DNA from: Wickerhamiella versatilis
Taxonomy: Eukaryota
Reading direction: 5' to 3'
Assembly (NCBI GenBank): GCA_030867685.1
Contig: JAQOWU010000003.1
Location: forward strand, 1,178,001-1,242,000
Length of the DNA stretch: 64,000 nucleotides
Made by a program: the position numbers and the translations under genes. This document shows positions 52,272 to 63,020 of the stretch, piece by piece (position 1 is the first letter of the stretch; each line of letters opens with the position of its first letter). Below the pieces are notes generated by a model. That model had not been told where the DNA came from. It saw only the letters and a list, made by a program, of their open reading frames with translations, and did not search any database.

Positions 52272-53012
52272 ATGGATTTTCTAGATACTATGCTAACTGA
52301 GATCGAGAAGACTAAGACCAAGCTTGGTGCACTCCAGAATAAACTTATCGAGTTTAGAGATGACATCGAAACCAAGGATGCAAAAATCCGCGACTTGAAG
52401 TCTGAGAACAAAGCGCTCAAAGTAGCTTACCAAACTTTGGCGGATAAAAGAAGAGAGGATATTGCCACTCTACATGCTTGGCAGCAGCAGATGGCAGAGC
52501 CAGCCACTGACGCCATAAGTAGTAGTCAGCCTCCTCCATCATTAAGTTCTGATCCCCCATCTTATCAAGCGAGCCAACCGTTATTACCTCAACGGACATT
52601 GAAACGATCTAGGCCTGATCAATTAGCATTAAGTGAACTTGTTCATACACAATGGCATCCATCAGATTTTATGATGGTCCCTGATGCGCCGGAAAATATT
52701 GTTTACCGAAATCCCAGTACAGATGCATCGAAAAACCTTCACACCAGCAATTGCGAGGCTTGCAAAATATTTATTAGCATTCTAATTTCTCCAGTTGAGG
52801 ATATACATCGTCCAGAAACCTTACCAGGCTTCTGGCGGTCCGAATTTGCCTCCACTCAGGAGCGAGCGGACGAGGAAAAAGCACAACAAAACTTTTTACT
52901 CAAAGAGTGCTTATTTAGGTTACTAGAGGCACTCAATATGGGACGGTTCAGGTTCTCTGATCCAAATTTACAACGTGCTGTTACTGAAGGTGCTATAGTT
53001 TGGGATGACTGA
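52272..53012 (+). CDS. SAE2: DNA end-resection factor Sae2/Ctp1/CtIP-like
   Basis: N-terminal coiled coil, CxxC (CEAC), and C-terminal PETLPGFWRSEFASTQE motif. Confidence 0.8.
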   Translation: MDFLDTMLTEIEKTKTKLGALQNKLIEFRDDIETKDAKIRDLKSENKALKVAYQTLADKRREDIATLHAWQQQMAEPATDAISSSQPPPSLSSDPPSYQASQPLLPQRTLKRSRPDQLALSELVHTQWHPSDFMMVPDAPENIVYRNPSTDASKNLHTSNCEACKIFISILISPVEDIHRPETLPGFWRSEFASTQERADEEKAQQNFLLKECLFRLLEALNMGRFRFSDPNLQRAVTEGAIVWDD

Positions 53013-53069
53013 CATTTACCAGTTTGCTGATGTAAACATTTCTGGTGCGTCAATCCTCGCGTTGTTTAT

Positions 53070-54665
53070 ATGCGTGAGGAAATTTACATTTCCGATCATA
53101 GTGAGCCACCTCTGAGCCCAGCTGGTAGGGAGGATGTGGAGGTTATAGATCTTGTTACTCCACCTAAGAAAGCGACGGTCAGCATTCCCCCAAAGTTAAG
53201 CCAACCTCAATCAAGCTCACCACCAGTCCTGTGCCAGGGCTCCTCCAACACAGGTCATTTATTTATTGCGCATAGCCGAGAAGAAGGACCAGTCGCGAGT
53301 GATTATGAAGAGGAGGCTGGAGAAGGTGCTAATGAAGAACTTTTTGTCTCCTCCACACATTCTGCTACAACATCCGATTCTTCTGAGGTATTCGATCAGT
53401 ACCAGTGCCCTCCAAAAAATGTAGATCTTAATTCAGGCTTAGATCCCTCCCAGAAGGATATGAGTACTCTGCAAACTCCTAGCAGAGAATCCACACAACT
53501 CGCCAGATTTGAGGGGAAAGAAGGAAGCGGAAGGCGCCCTGAACCAACGTATACCATTGGGGATCCAATTTCGAGTGATCCATTTGCTATTAGTGATAAT
53601 GATGACTTTCAACAGCTTTCAAGGATCATGGAAGCCCGACAGAAGTTGAATCCTGGTCTCGTTTCAGACTCTAAAGTGCCAGCAACTCGTGATAATTCCT
53701 CGATGTCGAACGATGACCGACCAAGCAAAAGGGCGAAGAAAACTCAAAAACCGGTACCCGCTACTCGTTCTAAATCTGTAAAACTATACAGAGATCGAAA
53801 GGAGACCGTGCGTGACATGACGGTCGAATTATGGAGTGATGAAGATCAATGGGGCGCAAAATTAATACCTCGCATCAATGAACTTGGAGCCTCTGTAATT
53901 AAACCTGAAAAACCTGCTCTAGAAGGAGTTTCATTAGTGATTGGGCTTACCCGGGTGTTGGATGATCGCTGGGATCCATATGAGCGAATGTTTATTCCTT
54001 GTGCACCACGTGAGAGTCGAGAACCATTGCATATTGTTATTCTAGACATTGACAAATTTGATACGATTTGCTCACAGAGTATAGAGGAAAAGCGTACTTT
54101 TTTCTCTAGAATTGGGGCTATCGTAAAAACCCCTTGCATATTCGTTGTACCTAGCCTAGTAAGGCTCATCCGCAAACGCATCAATGAGCATGGTCGTGCT
54201 GTACAGCGCCATGCAAGATCGTACATGGAGGGAAGTCAAGATGTATCACCGTTGGCCAAACCTGCAGATCATGAATATTATTCTGAGCAGCAGGTAAGTT
54301 TACAAGTGAGACTCGGAGTGAGAATTGTCTACCCTACGTCAGATAATAACTGTCTAGACTGGCTCGTCGCTATGATACAAGATGCAAGTATAGCACGTTA
54401 CAAACAATTACAAGACGAGGGCCCATCCGTTCGTTCCGGTAAGACGAAAAAGGAAATTACTATCCAAGCTCTTATTAAGATCCAAAAAGTGACCCCTAGA
54501 GTAGCTGTGAATATATCCCAGCATTTTGGATCTATTGGCAGATTAGCATATGCATTGAAACAGGAAGGTACTTCCGCGTTGACAACACCAAAATTGGTGG
54601 GCCAAACTCTTGCTGTACAGATTCGTGATACTTTATGTTCGACGAACTCAGAACAGATTGTCTAA
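53070..54665 (+). CDS. MMS4: Mms4/Eme1 subunit of the Mus81 crossover-junction endonuclease
   Basis: Disordered N-terminus with SIM-like VIDL, an inactive ERCC4-like domain (WDP....FIP, LQV..G), SVRSG, and a C-terminal HhH (IQKVTPRVA). Confidence 0.75.
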   Translation: MREEIYISDHSEPPLSPAGREDVEVIDLVTPPKKATVSIPPKLSQPQSSSPPVLCQGSSNTGHLFIAHSREEGPVASDYEEEAGEGANEELFVSSTHSATTSDSSEVFDQYQCPPKNVDLNSGLDPSQKDMSTLQTPSRESTQLARFEGKEGSGRRPEPTYTIGDPISSDPFAISDNDDFQQLSRIMEARQKLNPGLVSDSKVPATRDNSSMSNDDRPSKRAKKTQKPVPATRSKSVKLYRDRKETVRDMTVELWSDEDQWGAKLIPRINELGASVIKPEKPALEGVSLVIGLTRVLDDRWDPYERMFIPCAPRESREPLHIVILDIDKFDTICSQSIEEKRTFFSRIGAIVKTPCIFVVPSLVRLIRKRINEHGRAVQRHARSYMEGSQDVSPLAKPADHEYYSEQQVSLQVRLGVRIVYPTSDNNCLDWLVAMIQDASIARYKQLQDEGPSVRSGKTKKEITIQALIKIQKVTPRVAVNISQHFGSIGRLAYALKQEGTSALTTPKLVGQTLAVQIRDTLCSTNSEQIV

Positions 54666-55078
54666 CCAGCCACCCGACACATACCATACGACACCTATGA
54701 CTGTTCGGACAATGCAAGATGGCGCACTTCCTCCAAAAAAAGTATTTATGACACATATAGATGTAAATTATTATATCCCCCTTTTTATTTCTGGATTCTC
54801 TCTCTAATAGCCAGGATTAGCCACATACCGGTCGCTTCTCGAGCTGATCCCAAACCCATATATGCATGATATATGCATGACCTGTAAAAATCCCCATAGT
54901 CAAAAAAAGACTTAAGTAACGTCTTGCACGACCGTTATTTTTCGGAAGAAAAACACACGAGTCACAGAACTATCAAGCTAGAGCTTCGAAACTAAATCGT
55001 TCCTTCTCTATCTTTTCATCCTTCCTTTCATTCCTTCACAATCTCACACTCTCTTATCCATTCATTATATTCTTCCGA

Positions 55079-57091
55079 ATGCTTTTTACATTGATACTTT
55101 CTTTTGCGACAGCTGGAGCCTTTGACTCCATGGGAAACTCAAACGTGGCTGTCTATTGGGGCCAAAATTCTGGTGGGGGCTCACTAGCCGACTACTGTAA
55201 GGGGTCATCAAGCGATATAGTTCTTCTCTCATTTCTCAGTAGTTTTGGTGTGAGTGACTTCGATCTTTCAGTTGGTTCAAGCTGCTCAGGAACCGATTGT
55301 ACCTCATTGGGCAGCGATATCAAAGCGTGCCAGGATTCTGGCAAGAAGGTACTTCTGTCATTAGGTGGTGCTTCAGGATCTTACGGTCTGAATTCAGAAT
55401 CTCAGGCGAAAGATGTAGCTGATAAACTTTGGTCGTCATTTGGTGGTGGGTCTGGTAACAATCGTCCTTTTGGTGATGTGACACTTGATGGCTTCGATCT
55501 AGACATCGAAGCCCCACAAGGGTCTAAGTATTATGTTACTCTCGCACAGGAGCTCCGCAAAAAGTATAGCGACGATAGCTCAAAGGACTACTATGTGTCT
55601 GCGTCACCACAATGTCCGTTGCCCGATAGAAGTCTGAATGAAGCACTAACAAATGCTGACATCGATTTTGCGTTTGTACAATTCTACAATAATTACTGCA
55701 AAATTGGCGGTCAATTTAACTTTGACAGTTGGGACAAGTTCGCCCGTACGCAGTCACATAACAAAAAGCTAAGGGTCTTTCTTGGTGTCCCAGGCTCTCA
55801 GTCCGCGGCAGGATCTGGCTACAACCCAATAGATGAGGTGAAGTCAGTAATCTCTAAACTGCAAAGCCAGTACGACTCCTTTAGTGGAGTTTCCATATGG
55901 GATGCGAGTTTGGCTGAAAAGAACGGTAATTTTGCGGGAAAAGTTAAAGAAGCGCTTACAGCCGGAGAAGACGCCACAAGTTCAACTTCAAGTGGAGCTT
56001 TTACTACTTCCTCAACTTCAGCCGAAAGCAGCACGACCATAGTAAGCTCGGTATCGTCTCAGGCAGTCTCTCCTGTTTCCAAGAGTTCCAGCCAAATAAG
56101 ATCCTCAGAAACACCAAGGCAGGTGCGTACTCCATCAACTATCAGAAGCAATACAAATGAATTAACATCTTCAACCTCCCTTTCTATCAAGTCAACAAGT
56201 CCTACCATCGAATCGTCGATATCTCAGTCTTCCTACTTGTCTGTAGCACCATCTTCTAAGGGTAGCGGCACCAATTTCCAAACGACGAAAGGCTCCTCAT
56301 TAGTTTCTTCATTGAACACTGCTCCAGATACCACTACCTCGGTTAGCGTGAGAAAATCCACCATTCCATCCAAGATTGGAACAGCTACATATTCCTCAAC
56401 GGCCTCGTCCCTAACTGTCCCGTCCGTCTGGCTTAAGTCGTCTTCTTCCACTGTATTAGCGACTTCGGTAACCACTGGAACTGGATCCATTCAACTAAGT
56501 ACAACTGAAAAAAGTGTACCGGAAAGCTCTGGACCTACTGCTTTCCCAAGTTCAGAGTCTCAATACACGTTGAGCACATCATCCTCAAGCACCTCACATC
56601 TTGAGCCCTTCAGCACATTTTCTCCCCTTTCTGATCTGTCAACCAGCTCCACTGTTCTTAATGAACCTTCTTCTAGCTCGAAGTTTACTATCACCAGTTC
56701 TAGGCTCTCTCTGGAAACCTCTGAAATGCCACGAAGCTCGGAATCATCTTATATGACGACTTCAGTGTCGTCGCAGTGGTCTCCAGACAGCATTGTGCCT
56801 ACCCCAACTACTTTTAGCCAAGTTCTGACGTCCTCTTCAGCTGTTAGTGCCAATAGCGAATCTTCTTCAAGTCAGATAACGGCTCAAAGCAAGAGCCAAC
56901 CTCCGGTGTCATCAGCAAGTAACTCGCAAAGTTCCCCCACTGATGGTGGCTATTGTCCCTCCCTAGGATCCATGCAATGTAGTGGAAGTGGCTTCATTAC
57001 TTGTGATAACAATCACTGGATTTGGAGAGCATGCGTTCCTGGTACTACATGCAAAGATGATAATGGACAAGTTTATTGCGGTTTTCCTTAG
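55079..57091 (+). CDS. CTS1: GH18 class III chitinase with Ser/Thr stalk and C-terminal Cys-rich chitin-binding module
   Basis: Signal peptide, VAVYWGQN, KVLLSLGG, LDGFDLDIE, ASPQCP.PD, VQFYNNYC, and a C-terminal C..G.M.C..GF..C....W....C..GT.C (CBM19-like). Confidence 0.9.
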   Translation: MLFTLILSFATAGAFDSMGNSNVAVYWGQNSGGGSLADYCKGSSSDIVLLSFLSSFGVSDFDLSVGSSCSGTDCTSLGSDIKACQDSGKKVLLSLGGASGSYGLNSESQAKDVADKLWSSFGGGSGNNRPFGDVTLDGFDLDIEAPQGSKYYVTLAQELRKKYSDDSSKDYYVSASPQCPLPDRSLNEALTNADIDFAFVQFYNNYCKIGGQFNFDSWDKFARTQSHNKKLRVFLGVPGSQSAAGSGYNPIDEVKSVISKLQSQYDSFSGVSIWDASLAEKNGNFAGKVKEALTAGEDATSSTSSGAFTTSSTSAESSTTIVSSVSSQAVSPVSKSSSQIRSSETPRQVRTPSTIRSNTNELTSSTSLSIKSTSPTIESSISQSSYLSVAPSSKGSGTNFQTTKGSSLVSSLNTAPDTTTSVSVRKSTIPSKIGTATYSSTASSLTVPSVWLKSSSSTVLATSVTTGTGSIQLSTTEKSVPESSGPTAFPSSESQYTLSTSSSSTSHLEPFSTFSPLSDLSTSSTVLNEPSSSSKFTITSSRLSLETSEMPRSSESSYMTTSVSSQWSPDSIVPTPTTFSQVLTSSSAVSANSESSSSQITAQSKSQPPVSSASNSQSSPTDGGYCPSLGSMQCSGSGFITCDNNHWIWRACVPGTTCKDDNGQVYCGFP

Positions 57092-57383
57092 TGCTATATG
57101 ATACAACATTAGTTTAAACATATTCTTTTGCAATTGAGCGACCATCTTCCCGATCACAAGTGCAAGCACAAGCGCGAGCACGAGGTTGTTGTTACCGAGG
57201 TACATCTCTCCCCATTGAGTTAATAGTGCAATCGGCAAAGTTCATTGGCATAAACCGAGAATTAGGATCGCGACTTTTCCCTTAGACTATATATTTTAAG
57301 ACTAAGACAATACAATTTCATAACGGCAAACTAGTTGAAAAGCACAATCGTTCAATGGTCCCGTGAAGGCAAATAATCACACA

Positions 57384-57605
57384 CTACTGGACCTTCACCT
57401 CCTGATCCTTCTCAATGCCTGCTACATTAGGCAGAGTATCAAGTGTGGATACCTTATCGGTGGGGAGGGAACCCGAGAACCCCTTAAAAAGGGTGTGCTG
57501 ATGAGTTATTTCGCCACCCTGTTCCTTGAACTTAGCTACCGCACTGTCATATTCGGCTTCAGTAGTTCCATCATTGAAACGTACAATAAATTTGCTGCTA
57601 GTCAT
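57384..57605 (-). CDS. Peptidase inhibitor I9 family (protease B inhibitor Pbi2-like)
   Basis: 73 aa with FIV.F, GG.ITH....KGFS..LP and IEKDQEV pattern. Confidence 0.85.
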   Translation of the reverse strand: MTSSKFIVRFNDGTTEAEYDSAVAKFKEQGGEITHQHTLFKGFSGSLPTDKVSTLDTLPNVAGIEKDQEVKVQ

Positions 57606-58185
57606 GTGTGGCGTGATGTGGGTGGGGAGAAGGGAGGAGTGGCTGATGCTACATAAGCAGAGAGTTTATCTTGCTATTAACCAACCATCCCATCCGATTT
57701 GCTGCCAGTAAGGTCCAGCGAATTTTTGATAGGATTAGATATTTATTACTTTTAGCAGTAAATTTACTCGTACAGAGTAATACCATAACATCAATTGGAA
57801 GAAAAGATGAAATTCTGAAAATGACGCCCATAGAAGTGAATCTACTTACATCAAAACCAATGCAAATCTTGCCTAAAACGGGTTTCTAGTTAGGATTATC
57901 GGCATATGTGCTATAAAGTGAGACAGATAACACCACTCAGGGATTGCAGTATCAAAGAGGTAAGTGATGACTGGTCAGTCCAGATTAGGCTAGCAACTAT
58001 TTTACCTCGAACTTCAATATTTATGCCCATATATATTTACATTATTTATGAAATTAAAAAAAATGATTCTATGCTTTAGAGTTTAAATAGATGCTTCAAG
58101 GCCCTGTTGGAGTCTGCAAGGTTTGATATGCTGAGAGTATATGTATGCAAGTTGTACGTAAGCGACTCTTTCTTCTCCAAGCCGC

Positions 58186-59238
58186 ATGCCAGGGCCGAGC
58201 TTGTGGCTCAATCCACACCAAGTGCCCCCTAATACCCCACCTTTCCATTCAGATCTGCTCTCCCCATGCGAGCTAGATAGTCCGGCGTCCACAGAGTCTC
58301 CACGAACGCCTGGTACACCACTAGGGTTAAATATCGAGGCCAGGGTCCTGGGCAGTCCTCAAGAGAAGAATTCGCGTATTTTCGCACCTTTATCTATTGT
58401 AAGGCAGGCGAACCCTGAAAAGGTCGATCTTCCTGCCAATCTCGAGATCATAAGTGAGATCGGCTCAGGAAGTTTTTGTCGTACATACTCTGCCAAGCTC
58501 AATGGTGTGGAAGTAGCAGTAAAGCAGAAAATGCCAACCACTCATCCTGAAGTCATTGCCAGAGAAGCAGCTGTTCTACAGCGTCTTACCCACCCCGGAA
58601 ATGATCACGTGCTTCACCAAATAGCTCATACAAAAGATGCCATTGTCATGCCCCTATATACCCAAGACGCTGCTGCCTATGTCCGAAAGCTTCATATCAG
58701 AACAGACGCAGATTATCTGCTCGACTTCAGAGCGCAATCATCGCCTATTATTGGACTTGATCTGTGGCTTCGTTGGGCGGGGCAGCTCGTCAATGCCTTA
58801 GCTTACGTGCATTCGAAGGGTATTGTGCATGGTGACGTCAAGCCGGATAATGTCTTATTGGACAGCTCAGCGCAAAATGCAGTGCTTGGTGACTTTTCTT
58901 CTGCCACTTTAACACATTTAAACCCGCCAGCAAGTGTTGCTTGTAGTGCGGTATATTCGGCACCCGAGGTGAGGTACGGTGCTCCACCCTCGCCAGGTAC
59001 AGATGTATATGCCTTAGGCCTCATATTGTGTTATTTTGCGACCCGAGAGGAGCCATATGCGATGGCGAAAGTGCCACAACAGCGGGCTATTTGGATGGAC
59101 CGAATGCATCCTCTTGAAGCATACGCACCAGAATCCCAAATGAGATTCAGATATATTCGACCTATAATTGACTATCTATTGAATCGAGCTCCTCTCTCTG
59201 AGGTAGCCTCGAAAATTTCCGAATTGGAGAGGAAATAA
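58186..59238 (+). CDS. Divergent Ser/Thr protein kinase (possibly Isr1-like)
   Basis: GSGSF, VAVK, HGDVKPDN, GDFS (in place of DFG), YSAPE, DVYALG. Confidence 0.8.
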   Translation: MPGPSLWLNPHQVPPNTPPFHSDLLSPCELDSPASTESPRTPGTPLGLNIEARVLGSPQEKNSRIFAPLSIVRQANPEKVDLPANLEIISEIGSGSFCRTYSAKLNGVEVAVKQKMPTTHPEVIAREAAVLQRLTHPGNDHVLHQIAHTKDAIVMPLYTQDAAAYVRKLHIRTDADYLLDFRAQSSPIIGLDLWLRWAGQLVNALAYVHSKGIVHGDVKPDNVLLDSSAQNAVLGDFSSATLTHLNPPASVACSAVYSAPEVRYGAPPSPGTDVYALGLILCYFATREEPYAMAKVPQQRAIWMDRMHPLEAYAPESQMRFRYIRPIIDYLLNRAPLSEVASKISELERK

Positions 59239-59348
59239 TTAATACGTAAACGTTCTCTGCAACGTAGATTTAGATACACTGCCCACATTTCTGACAGCGG
59301 TTTAAGATGTTGTAAACGGCCTGTGGCGTAAGCTTTGACTCATCATCC

Positions 59349-61094
59349 ATGAGCGACGGGACACCCGTCCGCCCGGTTGGCGACGCGTCTGGGATGACGG
59401 AAATGCTCCGTACACCCGCTACAGCGCCAGAAATAGATCCCGCGCTTGAAATGACCGAAGAGAAGCCCGTAGTATCGCGGCCTGAGCCTGAAACAATGGC
59501 ACCACCGCAGTCGGGTTTTGGTGAACACGACGATGGTAAAGTGAGCGCATATGCGCGGCTGGACTTCGATAATTTCACGTTTTACGTTCAAACGCTGCAG
59601 GTTGTGCTTGGAAGGCGGCCTGCAAATGGTGGTTCCAATGTTGATGTGCACCTGGGCACTGCGAAGGCAATCAGCCGTCGCCACGCAAAGATATTTTATA
59701 ATTTTGCCACACAGCGATTCGAGTTGACTGTACTGGGTCGCAATGGTGCCTTTGTGGGGGATATGTTTGTCGAGGCCAACACTACGGTGCCGCTTAAGGA
59801 TAAGGCGAAGATTCAGATAGGCCAAATTGCATTTACCTTCAACTTGCCAAATTCAGATATCGGTAACGCTAAATCAGAAGAACCGTCCCCAGAGCACACG
59901 CCGCTTCAACCTCCTAAGGAGAAGCGCAAACCACGACGGGAATACAAGCCCGAAGAGATCCCTCTTGAGTATCGTGAGAAACCTGCCCACTCCTATAGCC
60001 ACCTTATTACAGAGTCATTGAGAGGCCATCCTCAAGGTCTAAGTCTTGCTGATATCTATGAGGCTATAATGGAGCTTTTCCCGTACTACCGGTACTGCCA
60101 GCCTGGTTGGCAAAACTCTGTGAGACATAATTTGTCGTCATCGAAAAGCTTCCGCAAGGTGTCAAAGGAAGGAAAGGGCTGGTTGTGGGGCCTGGATGAG
60201 GACTATCTTGCAGAAAAGGAGCGACAGAAGCAGCGAGCGGCTCTCCGACACCAGCAGCAACAGCAGGAGGCCGTGCAGCGCCAGCAGAAGTCAATCGCAG
60301 AAATGGCCACAGAGATTCCTGCACGGCCAGGGCTGTCGCAGGAAACGGTCAAGTTGTTAGCAGGTCTACAGCATCAAGTTCAGCACTCATTGGAGAAGGC
60401 GGGGCAGCCGCCCATTAACAACACGGTTCTCTCAAATGCCCTCGCAGTTGTAATTGCTCAGGCAGCAAAGCAACATGGTGGCCTTTCCAACCTATCTGAA
60501 CTGCTTAATGACTCCCATGCTGTAAGAAACCTGCTTGTGCAGGCACTAGAGCTATTGAGGAGACAGGGTCAGACCTCGCATGCGCAATCTCAGGCTCAAG
60601 CTTCCTCATCCGTTGTTGGTGTTCAAAATGGCTTTCAGGTTGCAGAAGGAGAAGCTGGCACTTCACAGATGCAGCCTCAGCAAAGCGCTGGTCCACCACA
60701 GGCTGCCGCCCCCAGCTCTGAGAGTGCAGGGGTTGAAAAACCGCAACCAAATAATGCTCCTTCCACAACGAATTCCATGCCTAGCGGGCCACCTCAAAGT
60801 ACTCAAAATGCTCAAAGTAGTGAAACCGCTTCGGGACCCTCGCAGAATTCTGAAAATTCTCAGAAGAAGATGTCTCCGGAGAAGATAGCAGAATTATTGG
60901 CGCAGGCGGAAAAAATTCCGAATCCACCTCCACATGTGCAGAATTTGATAGAGCAGCTCCGTGCTCATCAGCAGCGACTGGGTTATGCAACTGCACCGAC
61001 GAAACGGCCAGCATCAGAAGAGTTGCCGCCTCCTAAGGCCCCGGCTCAAAGCTCAGAAGGAGATCGTGCTGGTCAATCTAGCCAAAATGGTTAA
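59349..61094 (+). CDS. FHL1: FHA + forkhead transcription factor
   Basis: SAYARLDF..FTFYVQTL...LGR FHA domain and KP.HSYS.LI...GWQNSVRHNLS forkhead domain, followed by a Q-rich region. Confidence 0.9.
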   Translation: MSDGTPVRPVGDASGMTEMLRTPATAPEIDPALEMTEEKPVVSRPEPETMAPPQSGFGEHDDGKVSAYARLDFDNFTFYVQTLQVVLGRRPANGGSNVDVHLGTAKAISRRHAKIFYNFATQRFELTVLGRNGAFVGDMFVEANTTVPLKDKAKIQIGQIAFTFNLPNSDIGNAKSEEPSPEHTPLQPPKEKRKPRREYKPEEIPLEYREKPAHSYSHLITESLRGHPQGLSLADIYEAIMELFPYYRYCQPGWQNSVRHNLSSSKSFRKVSKEGKGWLWGLDEDYLAEKERQKQRAALRHQQQQQEAVQRQQKSIAEMATEIPARPGLSQETVKLLAGLQHQVQHSLEKAGQPPINNTVLSNALAVVIAQAAKQHGGLSNLSELLNDSHAVRNLLVQALELLRRQGQTSHAQSQAQASSSVVGVQNGFQVAEGEAGTSQMQPQQSAGPPQAAAPSSESAGVEKPQPNNAPSTTNSMPSGPPQSTQNAQSSETASGPSQNSENSQKKMSPEKIAELLAQAEKIPNPPPHVQNLIEQLRAHQQRLGYATAPTKRPASEELPPPKAPAQSSEGDRAGQSSQNG

Positions 61095-61179
61095 TTATTT
61101 AATTGTATTTATTCTTAATACCTGTATTTCGGAGTTTACATAGTTCTATACATGCCAGTGTCTGAATATTCTAGCTTAC

Positions 61180-62049
61180 ATGATCTGGCGACGGGCCTTC
61201 GCAACTTATCGGTCTTTCCGCACTAATGTTCCTACCTCTTCATTTTGGTTGCACTACCGTCGCCCCATCGCTTTGACATGTATTGCTGGTGGCGTCATTT
61301 ATGCTGCAAATTTAGAGCCAGCTCCAATTACAGGTCGCTTGCGGTTTATGATCGTTCCGAAATGGTACGAGGAACGGGTTGGAGCAACCGCTTATAGGCA
61401 AACGATGGCACAGTTCAGGTCATATATTATGCCTCGATATGATCCTAATGTACGACTAGTAGAAAAAGTGATGCGGAATGTCATAAAAGTATCAGGGCTC
61501 CAGGGACTGGACTGGCAGGTGCATGTAATAAGAGGAAATTTCCCACCCAATGCCTTTGTTCTCCCAGGAGGAAAAGTTTTCGTTTTCGAAAGCATTTTGC
61601 CAATATGCCGGGATGAAGAAGGGTTAGCCACTGTCCTCTCCCATGAGACTGCACATCAGGTGTGTCGTCATACTGGCGAACAGCTCTCGAAAGTCCCAAT
61701 CTTCTTTGCACTGGCCATTGCGCTATCAGCTATAACAGGCTACGGTGCACTAGATCAAATGGTGCTAAATCTTGCATTGAAGTTGCCTGCGTCAAGAAGA
61801 ATGGAGGAAGAAGCCGATCATGTGGGAGTTATGATGATGGCCGAAGCTTGTTATAATCCAGCAGCCGCCGTTTCACTCTGGCAACGAATGATGAACGCAG
61901 AGGGCCGCATGGGAAGGGTGCCTGAATTTCTTTCCACGCATCCCGCATCATCGCATCGAATAGAAAATATCAAAGGGTACTTACCGGATGCTGAGCGTGT
62001 GCGATCTGAACACTGTATGGGCTCTGCTTTCACAGACTTTTGGCGGTAG
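61180..62049 (+). CDS. OMA1: Mitochondrial M48 metallopeptidase
   Basis: Presequence, AP.TGR.RF, PNAFVLPGGKVFVF, HETAH (HExxH), E.EAD, EFLSTHP. Confidence 0.95.
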   Translation: MIWRRAFATYRSFRTNVPTSSFWLHYRRPIALTCIAGGVIYAANLEPAPITGRLRFMIVPKWYEERVGATAYRQTMAQFRSYIMPRYDPNVRLVEKVMRNVIKVSGLQGLDWQVHVIRGNFPPNAFVLPGGKVFVFESILPICRDEEGLATVLSHETAHQVCRHTGEQLSKVPIFFALAIALSAITGYGALDQMVLNLALKLPASRRMEEEADHVGVMMMAEACYNPAAAVSLWQRMMNAEGRMGRVPEFLSTHPASSHRIENIKGYLPDAERVRSEHCMGSAFTDFWR

Positions 62050-62069
62050 AGTCACGTTAATTCTATAGA

Positions 62070-62897
62070 CTAGCCTAAGATATTGTTAAACGAGCCTTCC
62101 TGGTGCTTCACCTTCCATATCTCTGTCCCAACATTATAGTTCCCGTGATAGGTCCAGCCCTTCGGGCCTATATGATAGAGATTGACACTTCCACCCGAAT
62201 AAGCATCGCGGTGTGTGGCTGCAAGGATGGAACGCTTTCCAAGATCCAGCGCTTCTTGAATTGTGAGATCAGGGCGGTAGCCCACATCTAGTACACCATA
62301 GGCAAAGGTCTGGCCGGATCCTACTGAAAACAAGTTTCCGCCAACACGAGAGCCATCTGAGTCAACATAATATATTTCAGGCACATCTTTTCCATGACGT
62401 TTGGTGTAGCCGCAGATCATGGTACCCATTGACAAGCCGGCGCCCTTATAATAATAAGTAACATTTGCCAGAATTTTGGATGCTGCGCTGACAGAAATAC
62501 GTTCTTTGTTACGCAGTTCATGCAACCTACACTGCGTTCCCAGCCATTTCTCCCAAAACTGGCAATCTGCTGCACCACCGGCCATAGTGCCCAGTAAATA
62601 GGGATTGATTTCGAGTACCTTCTTGACGGACTGAGACGCAACCCAGGAGCCTGCAGAGGCACGAGAGTCAACTGCAACAATGATTCCCTCATTAAATTTG
62701 AAAGCTAGTGTCGTAGTACCATGCTGAATCTTAATACGAGCATCCGGGTTAGCGGCATCATCTGTGTGTGCACGCAGAAATGCTGCGGGACAGGACAAAT
62801 TGGGAAGCGCAAAATCCGGCATAGATTCTGGCTCCTTGGCATCAACTAGGTCATAGCCTACACTGGGCCGAGAGAAACGAGCCGCCAACTCATCCAT
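62070..62897 (-). CDS. PRE2: 20S proteasome beta5 subunit
   Basis: Propeptide followed by [36 protein letters not shown]. Confidence 0.97.
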   Translation of the reverse strand: MDELAARFSRPSVGYDLVDAKEPESMPDFALPNLSCPAAFLRAHTDDAANPDARIKIQHGTTTLAFKFNEGIIVAVDSRASAGSWVASQSVKKVLEINPYLLGTMAGGAADCQFWEKWLGTQCRLHELRNKERISVSAASKILANVTYYYKGAGLSMGTMICGYTKRHGKDVPEIYYVDSDGSRVGGNLFSVGSGQTFAYGVLDVGYRPDLTIQEALDLGKRSILAATHRDAYSGGSVNLYHIGPKGWTYHGNYNVGTEIWKVKHQEGSFNNILG

Positions 62898-63020
62898 AAT
62901 GCTGTGGCGGTTTGATTATGTAACCAGGCTTGATTCTGGTTACTGTCAAGAAGGGGAAGATTCTTAAATGTGAAGATATTTATTTTTGATATATATATAG
63001 CTAGAAAACGTATGGTGGGA

